A stretch of 56,601 bases of DNA, filler included, from Catajapyx aquilonaris (lineage: Eukaryota): assembly GCA_000934665.2 (NCBI GenBank). It is 3 parts of 3 records of this genome, joined end to end, with 100 filler letters (N's around TTAATTAATTAA, not from the genome) between each part and the next. Parts side by side here need not be neighbours in the genome. Positions count along the whole stretch, not along the records: positions 1 to 18,807 come from JYFJ02006605.1; 2 more parts are not named here. One strand, written 5' to 3'. Both the position numbers and the translations under genes were made by a program. Below, in pieces: positions 1 through 11,889 of this stretch. A model generated the notes under the pieces. It ran no database searches. It worked only from the letters and a program-made list of their open reading frames with translations, and was not told the DNA's origin. The first letter of the stretch is position 1, and every line of letters starts with the position of its first letter.

Positions 1-1303
1 CTTCGGGCTCTACCGAGGTCAGGAGGTCAGGGGAAGAGACCTCTTCCCGGACATGACCCGGAACCTCAACGGAAGGGAGGTGGTGATGGGGAGTTATATA
101 CCTGTGAATATGGATGAGGTGAAGGAGAGAATGAATCGTTTGGGTGTCATGTCATTGTGTCCTTTGGAAAGAGCACTCATCTTAGTGGAAGAAATATTGA
201 AATGCAAAGTGACTGTCTTTGTCACAGCTATCACAGGAGGCGACGTACGTAACCGGTTTCCCAACGGTACCTGGACAGGAAATGTGGGCGACATTGTGCG
301 AGGAATCACCGATTGTTCCATTATGATGTTGAACACTGAGTACGCCATTGACAGCCTGGAAATGTCCCATCCCACGTTCTTTTTTCGTGGGATTATGGTG
401 ACTCGTAAACCGAGGCCTGTCTTTACTTGGAAAGTCCTCATATACCCATTCACACCCCTCATGTGGGTCTTCTTCTTCGTCACTATCGGTGCGTGTGCTC
501 TTGTCTCCTGCTTCAGGACCCCTCATAAGAACTTGTCGACAATTATTCATTCCTTCTGTTTCTCAGTGTACCGTCTTTCCCGCATTCTGATCGAGCAGCC
601 AATGACAGCTCCAAATACGTCACTCTCTCGATTTCTAACAGGATTATTTTGGATCTATGCAATCGTGGTATGCTGTGGCTACAAGACCAAAGTAGTAGAG
701 TTCATTACTTCCCCGTCAAAGGAATTTGTACCTCAGACCCTGGAAGAGATGGTCAATTCAGATTTCAAGTGGGGGGTGACCTTTTTAGAGTACGTCTTAT
801 TGCAAAACACAATGGATTTGAGTATAATAGGTGAATTTACACCCGTTTACCACGACATAATGAGCAAATTATTAATACTCGGGGATGCAAAGTCATGTAT
901 GGAGGCAACTCTCAAAAGAAATATCGCTTGTCTAATTAGTAACTTGCTTGCCGAACAAGAGCGAGATGGATTTGTGAGCAGCAGAGGAGAACTTCTCCAC
1001 TACCCACCGACAGAGTTTATGAACATGTTCATTGGTTGGGGATTCGGTAGAGGTGAAGTGTACTCTCCAAGGACGATTGAAATCCTACATTATGTTGTTC
1101 AAGGGAATATCCGCGAGAAGTGGGTTACAGACTTCAATTTCCTGCGTCATCTGCGGTCAAAAATGGAAATAGCTAAACAAGATAATGGACAAATGTTAAT
1201 TTCAGCCTATTCACTCCATGATCTGAGTGCTCCATTTTATCTTGCACTCATCGGTGCTACAACAAGTTTCGGTGTATTTTTATTGGAATTTAAGGGCCAT
1301 TAA
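1..1303 (+). CDS. Divergent ionotropic receptor (IR, variant iGluR), subfamily A, 5'-truncated by the contig start
   Basis: Frame is open from nt 2 (FGLYRGQEVRGRDLFPDMTRNLNG), so the Met at 53 is internal. IR layout: S1 FPNGTWTGNVGDIVRG, M1 YPFTPLMW, pore LIEQP, M3 IVVCCGYKTKVVEFITSP, S2 PQTLEEMVNSDF, M4 SLHDLSAPFYLALIG. No introns; close paralog of 2354-4390. Confidence 0.88.
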   Translation, partial: FGLYRGQEVRGRDLFPDMTRNLNGREVVMGSYIPVNMDEVKERMNRLGVMSLCPLERALILVEEILKCKVTVFVTAITGGDVRNRFPNGTWTGNVGDIVRGITDCSIMMLNTEYAIDSLEMSHPTFFFRGIMVTRKPRPVFTWKVLIYPFTPLMWVFFFVTIGACALVSCFRTPHKNLSTIIHSFCFSVYRLSRILIEQPMTAPNTSLSRFLTGLFWIYAIVVCCGYKTKVVEFITSPSKEFVPQTLEEMVNSDFKWGVTFLEYVLLQNTMDLSIIGEFTPVYHDIMSKLLILGDAKSCMEATLKRNIACLISNLLAEQERDGFVSSRGELLHYPPTEFMNMFIGWGFGRGEVYSPRTIEILHYVVQGNIREKWVTDFNFLRHLRSKMEIAKQDNGQMLISAYSLHDLSAPFYLALIGATTSFGVFLLEFKGH

Positions 1304-1704
1304 TAAGTGTCTCAGGTATTAAGACAGGAGTCACTCTGCAGCATAGCAGATTTACATTATTACGTTACGCAACAATACCCTATTAACAGTAGGCTACTTA
1401 ATTCTTTCATATAACTGCAATATGGAAAACTCTTCAGGCGTTTAATTATTTTCTGTATGAAGACCTCGGGCAAGAAAGGTTAACGTCCACTTTTTGTCCA
1501 AAATGAGTTTCGTATCCCATAAGATACGGTGCTTTCCCTGATTGTATTTTCCGAGATAATCTTCCCATTACAAAATGGGAATGAAACAAAATACAGACGT
1601 TATTCTCCAACTTTTTGAACTATAGAGGGTAAAGTCCAATGATGAATAATAATAATTAACATTATCATTTCTGCCATTCTGCATGTGTGAAGATAAATTA
1701 TTAG

Positions 1705-1875
1705 CTTAATGAGGTATATCATTTCATGCAGTTGTCACAAGTCGAACATGTAAATATTATTCGCGTGCAGAGCCACACCTGACCAAATCACGGTCATACA
1801 GGAATGTTGCATAACATTCCACTATGGCGACATCTCATTGTGCTGTAATGATTGAGCGATGTAGTGTATCCTGGA
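1705..1875 (+). repeat. Duplicated non-coding block downstream of an IR gene (paralog at about 4638-4815)
   Basis: Shared diverged sequence such as AAGTCGAAC..TAATATTATTCG..TGCAGAGC..ACCT..CCAAATCACG..TGTTGCATAACATTCCACTA..TGTAGTGTATCC occurs after both subfamily A genes. Confidence 0.75.
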
Positions 1876-2353
1876 TGTCACTTGGATCTTAGGCCACTAT
1901 TCCTTTATGAAAGTGGCATACTGCATTGATTACCTGGCATAAAATGCAGTATGTCACTTCCATTTCCTTTTCGGTACGATCTAACCCGCAATTTGGGAAT
2001 GTTCGCCACGTCCAGAGACGGTGATGTATAGGATTATTACATAAGAATGATAATGATATGGTGAACTGCTGGCAAAAAGACAAGGCATGAGATTATCGGT
2101 TAGTACAGCAGAGAATGTAAGTTGCTATGACAACTTCCAGGTAATCAACTCATACATGAAATATCATCTCTACAAGGCACCTACACAAGTGGACATAATA
2201 TCAAAGTGAAAGCCCGTTGTATTCAGTGCAGCGGAAAGAACTAATATAGGGAAGCATATTGTCTGGAGACTGAATGCTACGTACGTACGATGCACAGTTT
2301 GCAACTTTTGCGAATAATTCAAAATCACAAAATTCGCACCTTATACAATCATC

Positions 2354-4390
2354 ATGCGGTTCTTTGCAACCATGCAGCTATGTGCGTTTATGCCATGGCT
2401 TGCTATTGCTGTTCATGAAATCATAACTGTTGAATTATTAGAAAAACGCTTGAAACATTCCCTGCTCGTCTCATTACTGGAGGACCTGGTGTGGGACGAG
2501 TCTTTCATCAAGTGTGAGATAGTGATAGTGAGGGAGGACAAGAGGGTCCCAGTGGACTGGATCCGTGACCTCCTGACCCGAGGGAGTGCGGAGAGAGTGG
2601 TGGTGACCACCGTGATGAAGGACTCTTCCTCCTCCTTCTCCTCCTCCCACCCATCATCATCATCATCACCAGGGTCAGCAGGGGTCACGCAGGAGGAGCC
2701 CTTCTCCTTCACCAGCATGCCCTTAGAGATGAGGTCCAGGTCCACCAGTCCAGGTCCACCCTGCGCCTTCAACATCCTCCTCCTTGGTCCATCGTCATCT
2801 CCACCACTCCCATCCCTCCCTCCCCTCATCTCCCCTCTCCTGGTCCACGCCTCCTCCTCCCTCCGGGTCAGGAACCTACACGACCCCTTCTTCTTCTTCT
2901 CCACATCCTCAAACACCACTCGTGTTGCGATGGACCAGGCCCTTCTCTCAGACACCATGGCCTCAGGGGTCAGGTTCAAGCTCATGGCCACTCCGGCTCA
3001 AGGGCAGGGGGGCAGGGGACTCAGGCTCACCTCCGTCTGCTTCTTCTGCGATCGGGGCCAGCCTGCCATCGTGGACTTCGGGCTCTACCGAGGTCAGGAG
3101 GTCAGGGGAAGAGACCTCTTCCCGGACATGACCAGGAACCTCAATGGAAGGGAGGTGGTGATTGGGAGTTATTTGCCAGCGAATTTGGATGAGGTGAAGG
3201 AGAGAATGAATCGTTTGGGTGTCATGTCATTGCATCCTCTCGAGAGAGGATACCTTCTTGCGGAAGAAATACTGAACTGCAAAGTGACTGTCTTTGTCAC
3301 TGCTATCACAGGAGGTGACTTCAAGAACCGGTTTCCCAACGGTACGTGGAGAGGCAATGTGGGTGACATCATGAGAGGAATCACCAATTGTTCCATCAGT
3401 ATGCTGAACACTGAGTACGCCATCAACACATTGCAAATGTCCCATCCTTCTGTCTTTCTGAGTGAGATTATGGTGACCCGTAAAGCAAGGCCTATCATCA
3501 CTTGGAAAGTTCTCCTATACCCTTTTACACCCCTCATGTGGGTTTCCTTCTTCATCATTATCTGCTCCTGTGCTCTTGCCTTCTGCTTTCTTATCCCTGA
3601 TAAAACCCTACCGATAATTCATTCCTTCTGTTTCTCGGCCTACCGTCTTTCCCGCATTCTGATCGAGCAGCCAATGGCAGCTCCAAATACATCACTCTAT
3701 AGATTTCTGACAGGATTGTTTTGGATCTACGCAATCGTAGTATGTTGTGGCTACAAGACCAAAGTAGTAGAATTCATTACTTCCCCATCAAAGGAATTTG
3801 TACCCGAGACCCTGGAAGAACTTGTCAATTCGGATTTCAAGTGGGCAATGATCTTTCTAGAGTACATCTTATTACAAAACACAATGGATTTGAATAAAAT
3901 AGGTGAATTTATTCCCCTATACCACGACTTAGTCAGCAAAACATTAATACTCGATGATGCAAAGTCATGCATGGAGATAACTATCAAAAGTAATATCGCT
4001 TGCGTAGTTAGTAACATGTTTGCCGAGGAAGAGCGAGATGGATTTGCGACCAGCAGCGGAGATCTACTCCACTACCCACCAGTACAATTTCTGAACATGT
4101 TTGTTGGTTGGGGATTCGGTAGAGGTGAAGTGAGCTCTACAATAGCGATTGATAGCATACATTATGCTGTTCAGGCGAATCTGCGTGAAAAGTGGATTAC
4201 TGACTTCAATTTCCTGCGTCATCTCCGGTCTAAAATGGAAATTGCCAAACAAGATAATGGACAAGTGTTAATTGCAGCCTATTCTCTCTCCGACCTGAGT
4301 GCTCCATTTTATCTTGCACTCATCGGTGCTGCAACAAGTTTCGGTGTGTTTTTATTGGAATTTAGAGACCGTAATAAGGCATCCACGTAA
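2354..4390 (+). CDS. Divergent ionotropic receptor, subfamily A, complete, 678 aa, intronless
   Basis: Signal-peptide-like N-terminus, Ser/Pro-rich N-terminal domain ending VCFFCDRG...NLNG, then S1 (NGTWRGNVGDIMRG), M1, LIEQP pore, M3 (GYKTKVVEFITSP), S2 and M4. Confidence 0.92.
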   Translation: MRFFATMQLCAFMPWLAIAVHEIITVELLEKRLKHSLLVSLLEDLVWDESFIKCEIVIVREDKRVPVDWIRDLLTRGSAERVVVTTVMKDSSSSFSSSHPSSSSSPGSAGVTQEEPFSFTSMPLEMRSRSTSPGPPCAFNILLLGPSSSPPLPSLPPLISPLLVHASSSLRVRNLHDPFFFFSTSSNTTRVAMDQALLSDTMASGVRFKLMATPAQGQGGRGLRLTSVCFFCDRGQPAIVDFGLYRGQEVRGRDLFPDMTRNLNGREVVIGSYLPANLDEVKERMNRLGVMSLHPLERGYLLAEEILNCKVTVFVTAITGGDFKNRFPNGTWRGNVGDIMRGITNCSISMLNTEYAINTLQMSHPSVFLSEIMVTRKARPIITWKVLLYPFTPLMWVSFFIIICSCALAFCFLIPDKTLPIIHSFCFSAYRLSRILIEQPMAAPNTSLYRFLTGLFWIYAIVVCCGYKTKVVEFITSPSKEFVPETLEELVNSDFKWAMIFLEYILLQNTMDLNKIGEFIPLYHDLVSKTLILDDAKSCMEITIKSNIACVVSNMFAEEERDGFATSSGDLLHYPPVQFLNMFVGWGFGRGEVSSTIAIDSIHYAVQANLREKWITDFNFLRHLRSKMEIAKQDNGQVLIAAYSLSDLSAPFYLALIGAATSFGVFLLEFRDRNKAST

Positions 4391-5203
4391 TGATTTATAT
4401 TAGTAAGGTGTGATTGGCAGCCCTTTATTCTTCAATTAAATGTTTGGTACGATTTTGATACCACAATTTTTTTTATATCTTGCAGCATAGAATTATTGAA
4501 TATATTTGAATTATTTCAATTTGCTAATACGTATCATTGGCATAACATTTTTCCAATACCATTTGAACCGATGCACTTTTCTTCGTCGAATTTTGCGACC
4601 GTATTTTCCGAGTCTGCGTGTTTGAAGACATGTAACTTAACGAGGTGTATTAAAACCATTTCGTGCAGTGTCAGAAGTCGAACTATAGGTAATATTATTC
4701 GATTGCAGAGCAAAACCTCTCCAAATCACGTTGTTACATGATTGTTGCATAACATTCCACTACGACGACATCGCACTCTGCTATATTGATTGTGAACGTG
4801 TAGTGTATCCAGGACACTCCGAGAACCGGAACTGGAATAAGTGTTGCAATCACTAGATATTGCAATCTTACACATATAAAATACAAAGTTTGTTGGTATG
4901 TAGTCTATGTACGGCATGTATTCAGCAATCATGAACACTGGAATTTGGTCAGAATAGCAAGCACATTGTTTCAGTCACCCCTTGTCGAAAAATGTGTTGC
5001 AATTATTGAATCAATGTACAGGAAGTAATAATCCCAGCAGTGCACTTGTGACATCACTGACATGCCTCACATGCATATAATTTTCTCCTATTAATTACAC
5101 ACTTATACCAAAGCATATTGCCAACACGACGGGAAGAACCATGTAGTATTTGTGCTCGGCTATCTAAAGGCATAATTTGGTTTATTTTTGTTGCATTTGA
5201 AAC

Positions 5204-5529
5204 TGAGCTACGTCCATAGAAGACCACAGTAACTCCATCTCTGGGCCAAGGCGCAGCGCACCAAAGGGGTAAGAATTCCCTTTAAGGCAATGCCCCACAC
5301 ATGCTGTGCTGATACGTCATGTGAGTGAGTGACGTCAGATCCTTGAATCCGGAGAGTGGGTGGGTGGGTGGATTTTCGTCCCATTTCGTGACTGCACGTG
5401 AACCGAGGAGGTACTGCACCTGTGATGGATAAGTGACACCGAGTGTACCGCATGATATCACCGGGCATATCACCGGACCGGTACGTTGTAACGTGTCCTT
5501 ACACAATTATTAGTAGAGGATGTAGCTCA
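5204..5529. mobile_element. Possible MITE with short terminal inverted repeats
   Basis: TGAGCTACGTCC at 5204 and GGATGTAGCTCA ending at 5529 enclose a GC-richer segment. No clear TSD. Confidence 0.3.
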
Positions 5530-6089
5530 CGACTGACGTATAAAGTGTACTTATTCAATAATTGTTTAGTCAAATTGGAGTGGGGGCCATTTGATATAAC
5601 TCGTAAACCATTTTGTACGTAGGCGCTTCTGTGCTGCTGCGAAACACAAGCATTGTCTTCATGGACCGGATACAACGATGCTGGTACCGTACAGCAAATG
5701 CAGTCAAGTTGGGCCAAACTGCGTCGACCAGACGTCATCAGCAGGGTTCCGGCAGTGATTTTGATCGATTTTGATGGTGAGTTGCACTAAAATGTTTTTG
5801 GTCAAATGAAATGCCTATACTGTATTACCACAAGGTGGTTACTGGTAGCTGGTTAAAAAAATTACCTCATCACATCAGACTTGTATATTTCCCACTTGGA
5901 GGGAAGTAGGCACGTGAAAACCTCGCTTATATTAATTACCGTTTATTATTAAATAGGTCGGATATGATGCAGCGCAATTTTACCAGGTAGATGCATTACG
6001 CATAGTCCAATACGTGTAGGGCAACCATGCTTATCAAAAAGCCTCTTATGATAATTACTCAATAAGGTTGATTAATAATTATAATCCTG

Positions 6090-6420
6090 AGACCGCATTA
6101 GACTGCTCCGCCTACCAAAAGTTAATTTTGGCCTAAATATTTCATGGAGGTTAATACCGAAAAACGAGCTCCACGTAAATAGGTAGGGGTAAATGGTTTT
6201 AAGTAAGTAACTTCAGAGTACAGGTTGCCAGGCCCGGGCAGCAGTCTTCCATTTTTCAGCCCAAAAGAAAATGGGGTTTTTGACTCCCATTCCCGGAAAT
6301 CTCTATGATATTTTCCTGATCCTGCACTGACATGTTTGAAAGTGATAATGAAATCTCAAATAGGTTCCTGATACAATTATTGTCCATCTCTGGAAAATAA
6401 ATTCTAAACAATTGTGCCAG
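6090..6420 (-). mobile_element. hAT (Buster/Charlie-like) transposase C-terminal remnant
   Basis: Minus-strand fragments YFPEMDNNCIRNLF..VQDQENIIEIS and LKPFTPTYLRGARFSVLTSMK resemble the hAT dimerization region (PFPTTYLCExxFS). Frameshifted. Confidence 0.6.
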
Positions 6421-8613
6421 TGGATTCTTCGTCATCCAATTAGTGTACTTAGGTAAAAAAAATCGAATGCTCAACTGGACTTGCTGTGGGCCGCTTCGGT
6501 TAGGAAAAAAATTCGACAACTGAAATTGACAAATGAAGTTGTATCACTTGCCTTGGAGCTCGTGTCAGTGCAATACAGAAATCGTTCCATTTTGGGCGGA
6601 ATATTTGTGATTAGAAAGAGAGGAAAATCTATCATTTCACTTACAAACTGAGGCAAGTGAAAATCAGTTGAGATGTGTGCTAAAATAGTCATTTATTTTC
6701 ATTTATTGCATAGTGTCAATTATTGAATTTTTACTAGAAGAGAGACCATGCTACAATGCCAATTATTGTTCAAAATGTGGATTTCTGGGCTCATAATGAT
6801 ATTGCAATAATGATTAATGGTAACTGTGGATCATAGCTAATTGCAAATATTTATGCTTTATTGATATGTGCTTTGAACATTAACAGTTTCATAAGTTTGG
6901 TGCTAATGTGCATTATATGGCTAAATATGTTGCGGTGATTGAACCTGATTCAATGTCACTAATGCAGTCTTGCATTAATTGTTAATTGTCCATTCATTTT
7001 GAAGGCTGCAGCTAACCATTATTATTATGAGGAGTTTAAAGAAAGATTAAGTATTGCATTAACACCAGATGCTTGTTGTGGCCATTATTGGTAGGTGTGC
7101 GCGGTTGTAGGTGGTCACATCCTGTATTTGTCCGAAATGCATATTTTCTTCCTGTGATGTCACATTTATCTGAGTCGTCCTCTTGTCTGTTGAGCACCAG
7201 TGGGAGCGAGTGGGAGTCATTTGACATGGGCCTAGCCACACCTTCGTTGACGTCATGTATCTACAAGTGAAATCAGCTGCATTGCACAATAAATTATTGC
7301 CCAGTCTGTGCTAACACATGATCCTAATTTTAGCATGTAATAGGCTATTGATCAAGTTTCTGCTACCACTGTAATGTTTTGAAATGGAATCGTTCAGTAA
7401 TCAATTCCACATAATATGACGAAATCATTCCAATGTGACTGATTGTTCTGCAAGGTCGTCATAATTAGGATTTGCAATTGTTCACATTTTTGTCTCATTT
7501 TTTCACAGGATGTCAGTTTTGGGCCAGCTCATTTCACCATGGAGAATCGATCTTGGGGAGTGCAGATGTGAGTGATGCAACATCCACTACTTCGCGGAGG
7601 ATGCTTTGGACCAGTCTTTGGAGGCACAATGTGAAAATCCCACTTGGTTCGACGGACAGCTGATATTCATCCCAATCCACGTCTCCAATCAGATGCGTCA
7701 AACTCATCTATAGGTTGTTGTTCGACTGAGCTTTTGCAACTCAACACCCATGGTGAGCATCATATATACTTGTACCTTTGTGATGCTGCTATCCCAAGTT
7801 GTTTGGCAGTAATTTTCAGGACTACAATGGGCTCTCTCTCATTATTGAGGCAATTTGTTGTAGCATGCCTCACGTCCATGGTTTAATAAAATATGGGAAG
7901 GTATTAATTTAATTTTTGTGAGCACAAAACTTACCTTTCAAGATGGTAAAATGGGTTGAATTGCATCTTGGGACATGAAAAAGGCAGAACTGTTGCAAAG
8001 TGGAGGAAGATTATTATTTGTGACTGATCAATGATATCAAAATGGTGATTTTCATTAATAAAATAATGTGTCCTATCAGGCTGCAATGAAATTTCTGCAG
8101 ATTTTAAGTTATTTACAAATAGTGTCCCAAGCCTTGATTAATTAAGTGCATAATTGGCCAATACTTCTCGATGCTTTTAATAACGAAGGTGATGGCATTA
8201 AATATTGTATAGCCCTATACATCAAGCCGACCATTGAACTATGTTGATTAAATAAATTTGCAGTATCAAGGCACTTCATGAGTAATGTTCTTTATCATCT
8301 GCAAGTCATTGTAGTTCAGCTGGCTGGTTGAAACGATTCTAAGTCATTCAGGAGAAGTTCCAATTTAAAATTTCCCACTTGCATCATGTCCATTTTCATT
8401 ACCTGCCCCCTGTGCAAGTTTCTCTAGTTTCCTTTTCTTTCTAGATTATATCATCCTTGCAAGTATATCCTGGAAAGTATGCAAGTAACACACTAGTTAC
8501 TTTGAAGATCCTGAAAAAGAGCAGTCAGAAGAACAATTATATTGTCGACATCTTTATTGCAATTTTTGTATATTGGCTGTAATAAAATGAACAGTGTCGT
8601 TGCCCCTCCGCCT

Positions 8614-8846
8614 ACTGGTGGCCAGGGAGAGGCTTCGATGGATGGGGGCCCATGGGAAATGTAAGATACGTTGCCGCCCCTTCCCCTATCCTCCCAGGGC
8701 TTGCCCTGGGGGGAAAGGGGAAGGAGGGCAACGTAACTTACATCGTCCCACGGTCACCCCCATCCTTCAATGGACGGGGGCACATGTGGACGACGTAACC
8801 TACGTCATCCACATGTGCACCCCATCCATCGAAGCCCCACCCATCA
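8614..8846. mobile_element. GC-rich MITE-like element with nested hairpins
   Basis: Outer inverted repeat GGCTTCGATGGATGGGG / CCCCATCCATCGAAGCC. Internal palindromes ATGTAAGATACGTTGCC...GGCAACGTAACTTACAT and GCACATGTGGACGACGTA..TACGTCATCCACATGTGC. Confidence 0.6.
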
Positions 8847-8923
8847 GAGGGGAGAGGGGCCAAGGCAGCACTGCTGACATGAACCACAAAGACTGACTGG
8901 ACTCTGAAAAAAGTTTACAGAAA

Positions 8924-9062
8924 ACCCCGGCCTTTTTTCGACGACTAAAGGCCGGGGCCGCCCGAAATTACGCCCGGACGACCCCGGCCTTTTTTCGACG
9001 ACTAAAACGGGGCCGCCCGAAATTACGCCCGGACGACCCCGGCCTTTTTTCGACGACTAAAA
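8924..9062. repeat. Minisatellite, about 56-57 bp unit, about 2.4 copies
   Basis: ACCCCGGCCTTTTTTCGACGACTAAA..GGGGCCGCCCGAAATTACGCCCGGACG repeated head-to-tail, followed by the palindrome CTTCGACGTCATG..CATGACGTCGAAG. Confidence 0.85.
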
Positions 9063-11889
9063 CTACAAGAATTGAGCCTGCAAGTTTCCCCCTCTTCGAC
9101 GTCATGCACTTGGCACATGACGTCGAAGGGGAGGAGCCTAAATGCAGGCGGTAAATCAGCCTCTCTTCAACNGGGGGGGTAAAAGGAGGTGGGAAAGGAT
9201 GCTGCTGCTGCTGACTGGAAAGATAAAACAAAGGGGCAAAAATAGGGACACAAGAAAAATGCTGATCTGTCAGGACTGCTGGCTTCCAGAGTGGCACCAT
9301 CTCAGCAGCAGGCTGAAAATTACTTGACCTGAAAAGAGAACGAAAATTTAATTTTTAATTCGAAAACATAATAGAAAAGGGTCAATGCAATTACATGGAA
9401 ATTGAACATGTTCATTCCTGTGCACAGGAATTAAGCAAATTTTATCACCCTGGCGCCACAACACACACAAAAAAGTTTAGACATGATCTCGTCCATTTTC
9501 ATCGAGAGCAATGCCAAAGCTGATAAGTCAAGTTGAAGACATCTGTAGCAGAACTGATTAAGTGGAAATGCTGTAAAGGCAATGAGCCAAGACTTGGAGC
9601 GCAGCACAAAAGGTTTCCCTTCATTTCCCAATAGAAAGCAGATACATTCAGAAAAGTCATTTTATTGCAGTCAGGTAATATTTTCACTAGCCAACATTGC
9701 ACAGGAGCCAACACTCAAATCCACACAACTGCATTGAGACCTTGATCTCAATGATACTGACCTACAACATCCATCTCGTTACGGGCATCATCCTCTGGTA
9801 ACAACCCGGTCCTGGAAATCACTGCTGCTCTTCCTCTGGGCAAAAGAAATCTGAAAGCAACAGAAATGCAAGAATGTAAATCAGGTGAAACAGTGTGCAA
9901 TCCATTGTATGCAAGACCCAACATACACTGAAGCCCAAAAAATAGCAACAGCAATAAGGATTGGTCAGTGATGCAAGTCAATGATCAACATGTAGAAATT
10001 AATTTGAAGCCAATCACCCTACTGGGAGTCACTTGATATTATAATCAACAGATATGGGTGATGGCCACTGGCACAGCTGGGCATTCAATTCGACTTAATT
10101 CCATTCAAAGTAGCCTACTCTGACTAATTACTATGGTCAAGAGCTCTTGCTATGATGAGCTTCACTGTTGTACTGCATTATTGACTTCTCATCCACATTA
10201 TAACACCAATGCCTTCCATCTAGTATTTTAATTCGCTCAATCAGAAAATTAAATAAGTAGTGGACTGTGATTCGTAAATTATTATTGATATCTTTTCCAA
10301 ATGAAGATTTCGTGGCACTCAGCTTATTTCGTCAATTCAAACTGTAAATTACTATTTAGTAATGACCTTTGGCTTCTCAGGCAAGAACCCCTTTCTAGTG
10401 AGCTACTTCATCACTTTGACGTGCTCTTCGGCTGCCTCAAAATGTCGCTGTCAGTATATCCTAGCATTCTTGTCCAGCACTGTACACCCATGTATAGATT
10501 GCAGGTGACTTCCCAAAGCATAATTAACTTTTGATTGTCAAATGTCAAAATAGATCACAGTATTCAAGGCACATGCTTTTGACGAGCAACCCTCAGAAAC
10601 GTGCATATCCCACTTCAACTGTCCTTATTTAATTGCAATTCAAAGCACCTGTTGATAACTAGGATTCCATTCATTCCACAATAAGTTATCATTCGGAATC
10701 ACCGTACCTACCACAGCAATTCACACTGAATATCTAAAAACCATTTCATGAATTGCTGCCTTCATCACATGTGCCGCCCTTGGACTGGGTCTGACAAATA
10801 TTAATGCACTATTGTGCAGTGAAATTAACACCCTACAGTAGCACTACCTCCCAAGTAAAAAATGTCACTGCAGCCTCACACCAATGCAGTGCTCTCGTCA
10901 TTGTCCAGGGCGAGTTTTCAGCAGCGATTCCTATATATAACAGATGCAGCCACAAACACGAATCAGACTGCAGGCCTAAGTTGGGCAATGAAAACTTGAC
11001 ATGCCTATCTGTGACGACTACTACTCCCAAGTTCCCTTCACATTTCGATCCTTCTTAAACTCAAACTGTGCGTGGATGATCCCATTTCCCATCAAGACAC
11101 GAGGCACCAATAAAGAAAGCAAGAAAACAGGACTTACCAAGTGCGGTAGTGTTGGCATCTGAAGTCACTCCAAGAACCATATGATTGCGCTGGGGGCCTG
11201 CGATGGAATGAGATGACCATGTCGGTTGCTGGAGTCTCTCTGCGAAATGAGTTGTCCATCGCAGCAGTCATGTCTCCAGAGCAATGCGGATGTTTGAGGC
11301 TGCTTTTGCAAAGGATGAATAAATGGTATAAGATCAAAATGTCAGGCAACAAGTCACTATAATAAACTATGGAATGAGTTCTCTTAACAGTTAAAAGCAC
11401 AAATTTTTTTATCAACTAAAGAGGATATCCCACACCTCCAAATTTCGAGGAAAAATTCAAATTAGTTGCTATTTACAGCACTCGAGCAAAGGTAGGCTGC
11501 ACCTTCATGTAGGGTAACATTGTTTATCAAGTATGTTGCCAAATACAAATTTTGAATTTGGCTTCATTGCAAATTAGTCTCCATTTTAAGCTCATTACAA
11601 AAATTTAAGAATGAGCTTCAGAAAAAGGAATGACCATAATGCCACAGCACATTAAGAGCTGCATTAGAACCAGAATATGTATTTAACACTCATTACTGGG
11701 GTGAAGACATTTGACTAGACCTACCACTGATTTAATTTTTATAATTTTAAAAGTCAAATCAGGATCATTTCACAATTTGCCAATAAAAATGACGGGTGGG
11801 GCCAAGTTGGCATTTCACTCAAAATTCTAGCTCGTCATTATTCATTGGCTGAGTCGAAGAATCGGAAAATTATTAATCGGTCAAATGGT

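Noticed and set aside
2413..3558. Antisense and alternate-frame ORFs over IR, mRpL22 and LINE sequences
   Set aside because: Shadow ORFs of GC-rich coding DNA; their recurrence follows paralogy of the sense genes.
2354..4390. Classical AMPA/kainate/NMDA receptor or IR25a/IR8a co-receptor
   Set aside because: Too short, intronless, lacks a full amino-terminal domain, SYTANLAAF and the S1 Arg.
8924..9062. CRISPR-like repeat array
   Set aside because: Units are head-to-tail with the same intervening sequence, so there are no unique spacers; no cas genes; eukaryotic context.
7000..11420. Host gene with introns on the minus strand
   Set aside because: Some splice-like signals exist (about 7935 and 11137), but frames are broken by stops and I could not build a model or recognise a family.
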